Below, piece by piece: positions 1-10,400 of a stretch of 64,000 bases of DNA. The notes under the pieces are model-generated. The model had not been told where the DNA came from, did no database searches, and saw nothing but the letters and a program-made list of their open reading frames with translations. Every line of letters begins with the position of its first letter. Position 1 is the first letter of the stretch. A program made the position numbers and the translations under genes. Source of the DNA: Bacteroidota bacterium (lineage in GTDB: Bacteria > Bacteroidota > Bacteroidia > Palsa-965); NCBI GenBank assembly GCA_021299855.1, contig JAJTEY010000001.1:29521-93520 (forward strand), given 5' to 3'.

Positions 1-216
1 CACCCACTTTTCCAATACTGCTCCGCGCAATGTTGTGCTAATTTGAGTTAACCGATGCTGCACAAAATCCGGGGTGAACCAACCATTGCTGTTTTTACAG
101 ATGCCGATAACTTCCATCAATCGCTGTTCGGCAGCTGTTGACGGCTGATGTCGAACTACGCGCTCGATCGCTTCTCCTATTTTCACCAATGCACTAATGC
201 GCGATTTCACATCCAT
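1..216 (-). CDS. Acyl-CoA reductase (LuxC-like), N-terminal part only, runs off the window edge
   Basis: Own translation from ATG at 216: MDVKSRISALVKIG...NGWFTPDFV...LEKWV, open to position 1. The NxWFT motif and the divergent position next to a 4Fe-4S ferredoxin match the usual Bacteroidota arrangement. Confidence 0.7.
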   Translation of the reverse strand, partial: MDVKSRISALVKIGEAIERVVRHQPSTAAEQRLMEVIGICKNSNGWFTPDFVQHRLTQISTTLRGAVLEKWV

Positions 217-252
217 CTGAACTATTCTTTATCCCGTGTGTTTAACTTTCCG

Positions 253-260
253 TAAATTTG
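253..260 (+). promoter_or_regulatory. Bacteroidota -7 promoter element (TAAATTTG) for the ferredoxin gene
   Basis: Exact TAnnTTTG match 35 nt upstream of ATG 296. Confidence 0.6.
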
Positions 261-295
261 CGCACAAAATTAACCAAGACTAAACAACAGCAAGT

Positions 296-643
296 ATGGC
301 TATTAAAATAACTGACGAATGCATCAATTGTGGTGCTTGCGAACCGGAATGTCCAAATAACGCAATTTACGAAGGTGGTGCAGAGTGGAGATTTTCTGAT
401 GGCACGTCACTAAAAGGAATGTTTACTTCAAAAACCGGTATTACTGCAGAAGCCGACAGTGCGCAAGCTCCGGTTGCGATGGATGTGTATTACATCGTAA
501 CGGACAAATGCACGGAATGTGTAGGGTTTCACGACGAGCCGCAATGTGCAGCTGTTTGCCCGGTAGATTGTTGTGTGGACGATGAAAACCACAGAGAATC
601 GAAAGAGGAATTATTGGAAAAGAAAAATTCTCTGCACCTGTAA
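296..643 (+). CDS. 2x[4Fe-4S] ferredoxin (YfhL-like)
   Basis: [12 protein letters not shown] and [18 protein letters not shown] motifs. Confidence 0.95.
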   Translation: MAIKITDECINCGACEPECPNNAIYEGGAEWRFSDGTSLKGMFTSKTGITAEADSAQAPVAMDVYYIVTDKCTECVGFHDEPQCAAVCPVDCCVDDENHRESKEELLEKKNSLHL

Positions 644-660
644 AAGCAAAAACAAATTGG

Positions 661-688
661 AATGCCACTTTAGGGTGGCATTTTTTTT
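661..688 (+). terminator. Rho-independent terminator
   Basis: AATGCCAC-tttagg-GTGGCATT hairpin followed by a T run. Confidence 0.85.
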
Positions 689-725
689 GACTGTACTATT
701 TCAGTAATAATTCCGTTATTAAGTT

Positions 726-1646
726 ATGAATCGTATCCTACTGTCACTAATCCTCGTTATGTTGCTTGGCTTGCAATTGCCTGCATTGACGCTGAAGCAG
801 GCCGAAGATTCATTAAAGAAAATCGGACCTCGCTGTTTTAAAGGTTCTGATCAGGAAAAAGCCCTTGCGTGCGAACAGTTCGGAAATCTGTTACACCAAG
901 CATTAGAACTGGATGGTGCGTTTAATTATCCGTTTGATTCGCTGAAATTTATCGCCCGCCTTACTGCTCCCGACAATGCTTTTCGTATATTCAATTGGAA
1001 TCTTCCATATGCCGATGGTACACACAAATACTTCGGATTTATTCTCGTAGATGAACAAAAGGTCCGCGCGAAACTTCCTCCTAATGCGAAACGATTCGTT
1101 TTATACACGTTAACGGACAAATCTGCGGAAATACGAAACCCTGAATTATCCGAACTTTCACCGGAAAAATGGTATGGAGCGTTGTACTATAAAATTATTC
1201 TCAGCACGCATAAAAAGAAGAAATACTATACGCTTTTGGGCTGGGATGGAAACAATAATCAATCGTGGAAAAAACTGATTGATGTGATCACTTTCAACAA
1301 GTCGGGAAAACTCATTTTCGGAGAAGAGCTCTTATTTCACCGTGATCGTCGTTCTTCCCGACGTGTCATTTTTGAATTCAAAGCGGAAGTTATCATGGCT
1401 TTGAAATATGAAGACGATAAAAAGCGTATTGTTTTCGACCGATTAGCGCCTGAAGTAAGCGGAGCTGAAGGCATGTACCAGTTTTACTCGCAAACATTCG
1501 AGTACGATTCTTATGTTTTCAAAAGGGGGAAATGGCAATTCGTTGCGGATGCTGATGCGAAGAATAATAAAGACCGAAAAGACAAGCTGTATCGGGATCC
1601 CAACAACCAGGACGCTCCGAAAAACGATGGCTTAAAGAAACAGTAG
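726..1646 (+). CDS. Exported hypothetical protein
   Basis: 306-aa ORF with an N-terminal signal peptide; no motif recognised. Confidence 0.8.
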   Translation: MNRILLSLILVMLLGLQLPALTLKQAEDSLKKIGPRCFKGSDQEKALACEQFGNLLHQALELDGAFNYPFDSLKFIARLTAPDNAFRIFNWNLPYADGTHKYFGFILVDEQKVRAKLPPNAKRFVLYTLTDKSAEIRNPELSELSPEKWYGALYYKIILSTHKKKKYYTLLGWDGNNNQSWKKLIDVITFNKSGKLIFGEELLFHRDRRSSRRVIFEFKAEVIMALKYEDDKKRIVFDRLAPEVSGAEGMYQFYSQTFEYDSYVFKRGKWQFVADADAKNNKDRKDKLYRDPNNQDAPKNDGLKKQ

Positions 1647-1742
1647 GTATTATTGCTTCAACGAAAAGTTTTCACCTTTCTTCATTTGTAGATTTTAAGA
1701 GCTTTTTTCCTGTAATTTCGGGCAAGAATTTTTTCTCCGAAC

Positions 1743-2819
1743 ATGAAAAAAGTACACAACTTCAGCGCAGGTCCCGGAATCCTTCCTGCAGAGGTGTTGC
1801 AGCAAGCAGCTGACGCCTGTATCAATTTTGATAATCTTAATCTTTCCTTGCTGGAAATCTCGCACCGCAGCAAAAATTTTGAAGCGGTAATTGATGAATC
1901 GCGCGAGCTGGTGAAAGAATTACTTGGTGTTGGCGCCGGCTGGCAGGTTTTGTTTCTGGGTGGCGGAGCATCTCAACAATTTGCAATGGTGCCATATAAT
2001 CTATTGCGAGAAAACGGCTCAGCAGCATATGTAAACACCGGTGTTTGGGCATCCAAAGCCATTAAAGAAGCAAAGATTTTAGGTAACACCAAAGTGATTG
2101 CGTCTTCCGAAGACAAGCAGTTCGGATATATTCCAAAAGGCTATGAAATTCCTACGGATGCTGATTACCTGCACATCACATCTAACAATACAATATACGG
2201 AACGCAGATGAAGTCGTTCCCAAAATCGTCTATTCCTGTAGTGTGCGATATGTCTTCTGACATTTTCAGTAAGCCGGTTGACGGTAATCAGTTTGCATTG
2301 ATTTACGCGGGTGCACAAAAAAACATGGGACCTGCAGGAGCAACAATGGTGGCCGTTCGTGAAGATATTTTAGGGAAAACCGAACGCAAAATGTTGTCCA
2401 TGATGGATTATCGGGTACACATCAAAGGAGGAACCATGTACAATACGCCTCCCGTATTTCCGATATACGTTGTTATGTTAACGTTGCGTTGGTTGAAAAA
2501 GAACGGCGGATTAATGTGGATTGAAGGTGTCAACAATGCAAAAGCGAAATTGATGTACGATGAAATTGATCGCAATTCTTTGTTCAAAGGAACTGTGATC
2601 AATCCGGAAGATCGTTCCAATATGAATGCAACTTTCGTAATGACAAAACCCGAATTGGAACCTGAGTTTGACAAGATGTGGAAAGCTGCTGATATCAGCG
2701 GAATTCGCGGACATCGTGATGTTGGTGGTTATCGGGCTTCATTATACAACGCACTGCCATTGGAAAGTGTGCAGGCTCTGGTAGATGTTATGCAAGCATT
2801 CGAAAAACAATACGCTTAA
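1743..2819 (+). CDS. serC: Phosphoserine aminotransferase
   Basis: NFSAGP, SHRS, DMSS, AGAQKNMGPAG (PLP lysine), NTPP, GHRDVGG motifs. Confidence 0.97.
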   Translation: MKKVHNFSAGPGILPAEVLQQAADACINFDNLNLSLLEISHRSKNFEAVIDESRELVKELLGVGAGWQVLFLGGGASQQFAMVPYNLLRENGSAAYVNTGVWASKAIKEAKILGNTKVIASSEDKQFGYIPKGYEIPTDADYLHITSNNTIYGTQMKSFPKSSIPVVCDMSSDIFSKPVDGNQFALIYAGAQKNMGPAGATMVAVREDILGKTERKMLSMMDYRVHIKGGTMYNTPPVFPIYVVMLTLRWLKKNGGLMWIEGVNNAKAKLMYDEIDRNSLFKGTVINPEDRSNMNATFVMTKPELEPEFDKMWKAADISGIRGHRDVGGYRASLYNALPLESVQALVDVMQAFEKQYA

Positions 2820-2835
2820 AATTCAGCAAGACAGT

Positions 2836-3789
2836 ATGAGTAAGAAAATTCTAGCCAACGACGGCATTGATGAGAAAGGAAAAGAATTGTTGGAAGCAGC
2901 CGGATTTACGGTTATCACCGAAAAAGTTGCACAAGATCAACTGATTACCGCAATCAATGCTCACAACTATGTTGGATTAACTGTTCGAAGCGCCACACAG
3001 GTTCGCAAGGATTTAATCGATGCATGCCCGAAGCTTAAAGTAATTGCGCGTGGCGGTGTGGGCATGGATAATATTGACGTTGATTATGCGGTGTCCAAAG
3101 GAATTAAGGTAATCAACACTCCCGCAGCTTCTTCACACAGTGTGGCAGAACTCGTGTTTGCACATTTGTTTGGTGTTGCCCGTTTCCTTCATGATGCCAA
3201 TCGTCAAATGCCGGTTAAAGGCAATACTGAATTTGATGCACTCAAGAAAAAATACAGCAAAGGCGCAGAATTGAATGGTAAAACCATTGGCATCATTGGC
3301 TTTGGCAGAATCGGACAAGCGGTTGCCAAAATCGCGCTGGGTCTGGGAATGAAAGTTTTAGCTCATGATCCTTTTTTACAAGAAGCTCTGCTCGAAATCG
3401 AAATAGAAGGTGCAGAATTACCCGTTCGCATACGCGTGGTTACACAACCGATAGATCGTGTATTGGAGAAAGCCGATTTTATCAGCGTGCATGTCCCGGG
3501 AGGAAAAATGATTGGTGCAGATCAAATTGCCATGATGAAAAAAGGTGTGGTATTAGTAAATGCTGCGCGTGGTGGTGTAATTGATGAACATGAATTAATG
3601 GAAGCGTTAAACAGTGGAAAAGTGGCCCATGCGTGTTTGGATGTTTTCGTTAATGAACCAAATCCGAATGAAAGTGTTTTAAAGCACGAAAAGATTTCTT
3701 TAACGCCGCACATCGGAGCTTCTACTGAAGAAGCACAAGAGCGCATCGGTGTGGAGTTAGCAGAGAAAGTGATAGCAGCATTAAGTTAA
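2836..3789 (+). CDS. serA: D-3-phosphoglycerate dehydrogenase (short form, no ACT domain)
   Basis: RGGVGMDNID, GFGRIG Rossmann motif, NAARGG, TPHIGAST; follows serC. Start moved to ATG 2836. Confidence 0.92.
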   Translation: MSKKILANDGIDEKGKELLEAAGFTVITEKVAQDQLITAINAHNYVGLTVRSATQVRKDLIDACPKLKVIARGGVGMDNIDVDYAVSKGIKVINTPAASSHSVAELVFAHLFGVARFLHDANRQMPVKGNTEFDALKKKYSKGAELNGKTIGIIGFGRIGQAVAKIALGLGMKVLAHDPFLQEALLEIEIEGAELPVRIRVVTQPIDRVLEKADFISVHVPGGKMIGADQIAMMKKGVVLVNAARGGVIDEHELMEALNSGKVAHACLDVFVNEPNPNESVLKHEKISLTPHIGASTEEAQERIGVELAEKVIAALS

Positions 3790-3810
3790 CCGCGATTAGC
3801 AATTTATACT

Positions 3811-5064
3811 GTGGCTAAAATTATTCCATTCCGAGGTATTCGTCCTGTGCGCGACAAGGTGCATCTGGTGGCATCGCGTTCTGTGGATAATTACGGTCGC
3901 AATGATCTGGCAGAAAAACTTAGAGGGAATCCGTATACGTTTCTTCATGTTATCAATCCCGATTTTTCGGAAGGTAAACGAAGTAAACCGGGAACTCTGG
4001 ATCGCCTGAAAAAAGTTCGCAACAAGTATTTGCAATTTCGAAACGAAGGTATTTTTCTGCGCGATCAAACTCCGACTTATTATCTCTATCAACAGATTAA
4101 GTTAGGTCATACGTATACCGGAATTATTGCTTGCACATCAATAGATGAATACTTCAACGGCACAATTCGTGTTCATGAACAAACGTTGACCGACCGGGAA
4201 CGCAAACTGCAGGAATATCTGGACGTGTGTGAGTTCAACGCCGAACCTGTATTGTTCTGTTATCCGGATCATGAAGGAATAACAGCTATCATTGATAAGC
4301 ACCTGGCACAACGCGAAGAATACGATTTTACTACAACCGATAAAGTCCGTCACCGTTTATGGCTCATCGACAGTGAACAAGACGTGCATGCCATGGAAGA
4401 ATACTTCGGTGATATTTCCGCGGTATATATTGCAGACGGGCATCATCGCTCTGCTTCATCTGCGCGCTTAGGAAAAGATCGCCGACAACGTGATGGCATG
4501 TTTTCAGGTAATGAACCTTACAACTATTACTTGGGCGTATTTTTTCCGGAATCACAACTCAAGATTTTCGATTTTAATCGCGTCGTCAAAGACTTGAACG
4601 GTTTATCTACAGAAGAATTTATTTCGGCGATACAGAATGATTTTGAAGTTAATAGACACGGAGACAACATTTTTAAACCTCAGCAAAAGCACGTGTTCAG
4701 CATGTATTTGGAGAATGCGTGGTACGAACTGCGATTGTTGCCCGGACGTGTGAACGATGCAGAACCGGTGAATTCTCTGGACGCTTTCTTGTTGAGTAAA
4801 TATATTTTGACACCTGTATTGGGTATTGAAGATTTGAAAACCGATAATCGTGTGGGATTTGTTTCCGGCATTAAAGGCGCAGATGAACTTAAAAATCAGG
4901 TGGATCACTGGAAGTTTAAGGTTGCTTTTGGTTTATATCCCGTGCAAATGCAGGAACTGAAGCACATTGCCGATACCAGCAACATCATGCCGCCGAAGAC
5001 AACTTGGGTTGAACCCAAAATGCGCAGTGGTCTTGTTATTTTCCCGTTAGACGAAGCATTATAA
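3811..5064 (+). CDS. DUF1015 family protein
   Basis: I.PFRG N-terminus, HEQT, IADGHHR, MPPKTTWVEPK C-terminal motif; follows serA. Confidence 0.9.
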   Translation: MAKIIPFRGIRPVRDKVHLVASRSVDNYGRNDLAEKLRGNPYTFLHVINPDFSEGKRSKPGTLDRLKKVRNKYLQFRNEGIFLRDQTPTYYLYQQIKLGHTYTGIIACTSIDEYFNGTIRVHEQTLTDRERKLQEYLDVCEFNAEPVLFCYPDHEGITAIIDKHLAQREEYDFTTTDKVRHRLWLIDSEQDVHAMEEYFGDISAVYIADGHHRSASSARLGKDRRQRDGMFSGNEPYNYYLGVFFPESQLKIFDFNRVVKDLNGLSTEEFISAIQNDFEVNRHGDNIFKPQQKHVFSMYLENAWYELRLLPGRVNDAEPVNSLDAFLLSKYILTPVLGIEDLKTDNRVGFVSGIKGADELKNQVDHWKFKVAFGLYPVQMQELKHIADTSNIMPPKTTWVEPKMRSGLVIFPLDEAL

Positions 5065-5072
5065 CCGCGCTT

Positions 5073-5726
5073 ATGAAATCGGTTGCAAAAAACATAGCGG
5101 AATTCAAAAAACAATTGCCTGATCATGTTACGTTGGTTGCTGTTTCCAAAACAAAACCGGTAGCACTCATTGAAGATGCATATTCCGCTGGTCAGCGCGA
5201 TTTCGGAGAAAATAAAGTACAGGAACTAACAGCAAAAATTCCCGTTTTACCAGCGGATATTCGTTGGCACTTAATTGGTCATTTGCAAACCAATAAAGTC
5301 AAATATATCGCAGACGCAGTGCATCTGATTCATGCGGTGGATAGCGAAAATTTATTAGCTGAAATTAACAAACAAGCCGTTAAGCATAACAAAACTATAA
5401 GTGTGCTGTTGCAATTGCACATTGCGAAAGAAGAGACAAAATTTGGATTAAGCGAGCAGGAACTGCATGATTTGTTAAACGCTCAGGCGAAAGGAATTTT
5501 CCCAAATGTGAAGATCAAGGGATTAATGGGCATGGCCACCAACACGGAAGATGAACAATTAATTCGAAGTGAATTTCGTTCGTTGCGCAAACTATTCGAA
5601 GCCACAAAAACAAACGAATGGGATACATTGAGCATGGGCATGAGCAGTGACTGGAAAATCGCCATTGAAGAAGGCAGTACCATGATTCGTATCGGAAGCG
5701 CGCTCTTCGGAGAACGTCATTATTAA
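5073..5726 (+). CDS. yggS: PLP homeostasis protein, YggS family
   Basis: LVAVSKTKP, FGENKVQE, WHLIGHLQTNK, LSMGMS, RIGSALFG. Confidence 0.96.
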   Translation: MKSVAKNIAEFKKQLPDHVTLVAVSKTKPVALIEDAYSAGQRDFGENKVQELTAKIPVLPADIRWHLIGHLQTNKVKYIADAVHLIHAVDSENLLAEINKQAVKHNKTISVLLQLHIAKEETKFGLSEQELHDLLNAQAKGIFPNVKIKGLMGMATNTEDEQLIRSEFRSLRKLFEATKTNEWDTLSMGMSSDWKIAIEEGSTMIRIGSALFGERHY

Positions 5727-5738
5727 AAATGTACTAAC

Positions 5739-6692
5739 GTGCTATCCGGAGAACTCGCCGCAGTTTTAACCACTTTAATTTGGAGTGTCGGTGTTTTCCC
5801 ATTTACAGCAGCCACTGCGCGTTGGGGCGCTCATGCAGTAAATTTCTTCCGCCTGGTTGCTGCTGTAATTTTACTTGCTGTAACGTTACTCTTTTATTAT
5901 GGGTTTACACCGGTTGAGTTATTCGTACTTCCCGAACCGCAACAATGGCTCTGGCTGGGCATGTCAGGAATAATCGGACTAACTGTTGGCGACTATTTTG
6001 CATTTCGCTCCTTTCATTTACTCGGTCCACGTTTGTCAACAGCGTTTACCACCTTAAGTCCAATTGCTGCATTTTTCTTTGCATTGCTATTTGTCCATGA
6101 AGACATAAACATTTGGGGCATCATTGGAATGACCATAACCGTTGGAGCATTGGTGTTATTGAGTTTATCAAAAAATGACGCCACGTTGAATAATATTCCC
6201 GAGCATGAAAAAAAGTTGGGATTGTTGTTCGCCGTCCTCGCTCCTGTTTGTCAAGGAATTGGATTGGTGATGAGTCGTAAGGCATTCTTAGAAACCGAAT
6301 CATTTGAATTAATGCCCATGCACGCCGCGTGGATACGAATGTTGGTAGGCGCATTAAGTTTATATGCATTCTCTTTAGTGACAGGAACCATAAAAGAACC
6401 TCATCGTATAATTTTCACCAATCGCAACAAGGGATTGTTACCGGCTTTAGGTGGCGCTTTTTTCGGTCCGTATTTAGGAATGATATTTTCCATGTATGCC
6501 ATTAGTCTTATTGATGCATCTGTGGCACAAACTATTTTTGGTCAGGTTCCGGTTGTTGTGCTCTTATTAGCAGCCTGGTGGCATAAAGAACGCATTTCAT
6601 GGTTCAGTATTTTGGTTACACTACTTAGCATTGGTGGAGTTGTTATGATGGTTTGGCGGGATGACATTCAAAAACTCCTATTTCCGCATTAA
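5739..6692 (+). CDS. DMT/EamA family transporter
   Basis: About 10 hydrophobic segments in two repeats; GDYFAFRSFHLLGP; GTG start. Confidence 0.85.
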   Translation: MLSGELAAVLTTLIWSVGVFPFTAATARWGAHAVNFFRLVAAVILLAVTLLFYYGFTPVELFVLPEPQQWLWLGMSGIIGLTVGDYFAFRSFHLLGPRLSTAFTTLSPIAAFFFALLFVHEDINIWGIIGMTITVGALVLLSLSKNDATLNNIPEHEKKLGLLFAVLAPVCQGIGLVMSRKAFLETESFELMPMHAAWIRMLVGALSLYAFSLVTGTIKEPHRIIFTNRNKGLLPALGGAFFGPYLGMIFSMYAISLIDASVAQTIFGQVPVVVLLLAAWWHKERISWFSILVTLLSIGGVVMMVWRDDIQKLLFPH

Positions 6693-6701
6693 CTTTGCAG
6701 C

Positions 6702-7253
6702 ATGGCAAAAAAAACTTCCGAAGAAGACGACAACAAAATTGAACCGTTTTATCACGAATCTGAAAATTTTAGAAGTGCATATTTCGGAGAAGTTCCCGAG
6801 CAGTTAATAGGAACACCTCAGCCCGGGGAAGACAAAAAATTGTTTTCCACGTTTTTAGGTTTATTGCAGGGCAACACAACACCCGAAGTACGTCGTGAAA
6901 TGTTGGAAATTTTGCGAAAGAACAACGCCCAGCAATTAATCATCGATTTATTAGAGAATCCGGCATATTCGAAGTATAAAAAGGAACTTTTGGTAGTTGC
7001 CTGGGAATCCGGCTTGGCATTTCACGCGCACCTGCTGAATATTGTAAAACATGCTTTAGAAGGCGATTACGCCTGTACTTTGGAAGGGCTTACGGTTATT
7101 GAACAGATCGAAGAAATTACAGATATTAATCAGCTGGATCTTTCTCTTGATCTTTTAAAAGCACAACCTAAATCGGAGAAGTCGCCACTTATCGATCTGA
7201 TGCAACATCACCTTCAGAGAATAAAATTCAATTTGTCGACACCCAACGGCTAA
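6702..7253 (+). CDS. Hypothetical protein, probably all-alpha (HEAT-like)
   Basis: 183-aa ORF, Leu/Glu-rich helical pattern, AWESG motif. Confidence 0.75.
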   Translation: MAKKTSEEDDNKIEPFYHESENFRSAYFGEVPEQLIGTPQPGEDKKLFSTFLGLLQGNTTPEVRREMLEILRKNNAQQLIIDLLENPAYSKYKKELLVVAWESGLAFHAHLLNIVKHALEGDYACTLEGLTVIEQIEEITDINQLDLSLDLLKAQPKSEKSPLIDLMQHHLQRIKFNLSTPNG

Positions 7254-7466
7254 TTGTCGAAAAGTTAATCATTCGATAAACATTAGGATTTAAATTGTGC
7301 TTTCAAAGTTTGGCATAAACTATTTTGGACTAGGTTGTTAATAACTAGTTAATAAAGGTGACTTATTAACTAAACATTAACACGGTGTTCTTAAATCGTT
7401 GTATTCTAAGTAATTTTCAACCGTTTTAGAGAATTAAAAGGAAAAACTAATTCAAACAACACACAA

Positions 7467-10400
7467 ATGAAAAATCGATACTCGAGTGTAATGTCAGGAA
7501 TTTGGACTAACTTAAAATTATTTATTGCTGGTGCAGGCATTTTGATGGGTATGCAGGGTAATGCACAAGTATCTACTTACACCTTCTCACAAACGTCAGG
7601 CACGTATAGCCCAATTAGTGGCGGTACAGTATTGGGAGCTCCCACCAATGACGACACCAGCTTCCCTACCAACCCAATTGGTTTCACTTTTTGGTTTAAC
7701 GGGGTCGCGTATTCAACGTTTAGCGTTAACTCTAACGGCTTTATTGCTTTAGGGGGAGCAGTTAATAGTTCCTACACAGCAATCAGCGCGGGAACCTCAA
7801 ACAATATTATTGCGGCTTTAAATGCTGACTTGCAAGGAGAACCTACTACCGGAGATTTGCGATATCAGACCATCGGTTCTTTCCCGAATAGAACGTTGGT
7901 AGTTCAATGGTCGAATTATGATAGATTCTCGAGTACAACAAACACGGATGTTTATAATTTTCAAATACGTTTGCAAGAAACTTCAAATACTGTTGATGTA
8001 GTTTATGGATCGAACTCATCCACTCAGGTTGCTGCACTTTCACAGGTTGGCTTGCGGGGAAATTCATCGGCAGATTTTAATAACCGTGAAGTGGTAAACG
8101 GTGTTCAAACGTGGAGCACATCTATCTCCGGAGCAAGCAATGCGGCTTCTTGTGAAATGAATCCAACGTTAGCGCCGGCGAGCGGACAAACATATACATG
8201 GACTCCTCCTGCCGGCCCTTCTGCACCTACAAGTATCTCGTTCACAGCGGTTAGTCAGACAGGAATGACTGTCAATTGGATTGATAATTCAACAACGGAA
8301 GCTCAATTCTTTGTTGAGCGCTCATTGGACAACATTACCTTCGTTCCTGCCGGAACGGTTGTTTCGACGAGTACAACTTCCACCGGCACGAGTTATAATT
8401 TGGTTCAAACCGGATTATTGTCCAACACGTTGTATTATTATCGTGTTTATGCGGTAGCGGTTACTCCATCAGGACCACTTTCAGGACAACAAGCGACTTT
8501 ACCGGGCACGTTGTGTGGAACGTTCAGTGTTGGACCAACAGGTGCTTATCCGTCATTGACAGCTGCATTCGCTGCTGTTGCTGCAAACGGTGTGATTTGC
8601 CCATTAGTATTCGACTTACAGCCAGCTTATGTAAGCACTGTAGAAACGTTCCCTCTTACTATTCCATTTTTGGGTAACAGTACTGCCAATACGATTACAG
8701 TTCGCCCACAACTAGGTGCAACGAATTTGTCGATAAGCAGTAATGCCGTACAAACCATCAATTTTAATGGTGCACAAAATATTGTGTTTGATGGTCGTCC
8801 GGGTTCAACAGGAACAATAATTCAATTGACATTAGCGAATACATCAACATTCGGTGCTGTAGTGCAAGTGGGTGGGGACGCTGCCAATATTGGGTTAAAT
8901 TACGTTAACGTGCGTTCGGTAAATACCGGTACAACGATTGGCGCTGTTCAGTATACTGCTCCTGCTTCTATCACAGGATCAACAGGTCACTATATCACCA
9001 ACTGCGACTTCGCAAACGGAGCCACTAATCCACAGCAGTATGTGTTCTCAAGTAATACGTTAGCCAATTCATACATTTCTTCTGTTACCATTAGTAATAA
9101 TCGTTTCCGAGATTGGTTTAATGCTACAAGTCAGAATGCTGCAGTAAATCTTGGCGGCAATATTCGAGACTGGACGATCAGCAATAACAGCTTCTACCAG
9201 AGTGCAACGCGCACCTTCACTGCAGGTGCCACACATTACGGCATTTTAATTTCAGGTTCAACTGCAGGTTCGGGAGGTCACAATATCTCCGGAAACTTTA
9301 TCGGAGGAACTGCACCTAATTGCGGAGGCACTCCATGGACTATTGCCGGAACTATTGCAAATCGTTTTGTTGCAATTTCTGTTAATGGTAACAGTACAGG
9401 CAATCCGAATGCAACAAGTATGCAGGGAAATACTATTACTAATTTCAACCTGACGACCAGCAGCGGAGCAACAACTAGCCCCGGTATTTTCTGCGGTATA
9501 CAAGCTTTGGGTACAACGCATAATCTGAATATAGGTAACGTATCACCTAACATTATTGGTTCGGTTACAACTGCTAATGCTATCACAACATCAAGTTCTA
9601 CAGCCGGCGGATTGGTAATGGGAATCGTAAACACTTCTAATGGTGCAGTTGTGATTAATAACAACCTTATTGGCGGTTTTACGGTCAATACTTCTTCACC
9701 TACCATCTCATCCAGTTTCACCGGTATTCAGACGGGTACTGCGGTTCCGGGAACAATTTCTAATAACATCGTTGGAAGTACTACCGTTCCTAACAGCATC
9801 ATCACTGCTGCATCTACAGCGACAACAGCCGGTATTGTCATGGGAATCAACAGTACGAGCGGTAACTTCATCAATATTACCAACAACACTGTTATGAATC
9901 TTACTAACCAGTATGCAGGTGCTTCAACAACTGCAGTAGTAAGAGGAATATATTCAAGCGCCGGAGTTACCACGATAACCGGTAATACCGTGCGAAATCT
10001 CTCGTCTCTCGCCCCAAACATAAGCACAGGTATTAACGCATCAGTGCAAGGTATATCGTTAAGCACGTTTACTATAGGATCTCACGTAGTAAATAACAAT
10101 ATCATAAATACCCTTGCTAATGGTTCTTCATCCGGCAACGTAATGGTTAGTGGTATTACCGTTTTGGGTTCCACAAGTACTTTATTGAATGCGACCGTGG
10201 CATATAATAATATCTCAGCATTAGGTGCGCCACTCACCAGTGGAACGGCAACGATTTATGGTATAAATTTGATTGGTAATCCCTCACGTGTTTTCAATAA
10301 CTTCGTTAATCTTGGTTCAGATATTACAGGCTCACCTATTACAGTGCCAAACAGCTTTATTGGAATTAATAAAGAAACAACGGCACCATCGGCAGTCAAC

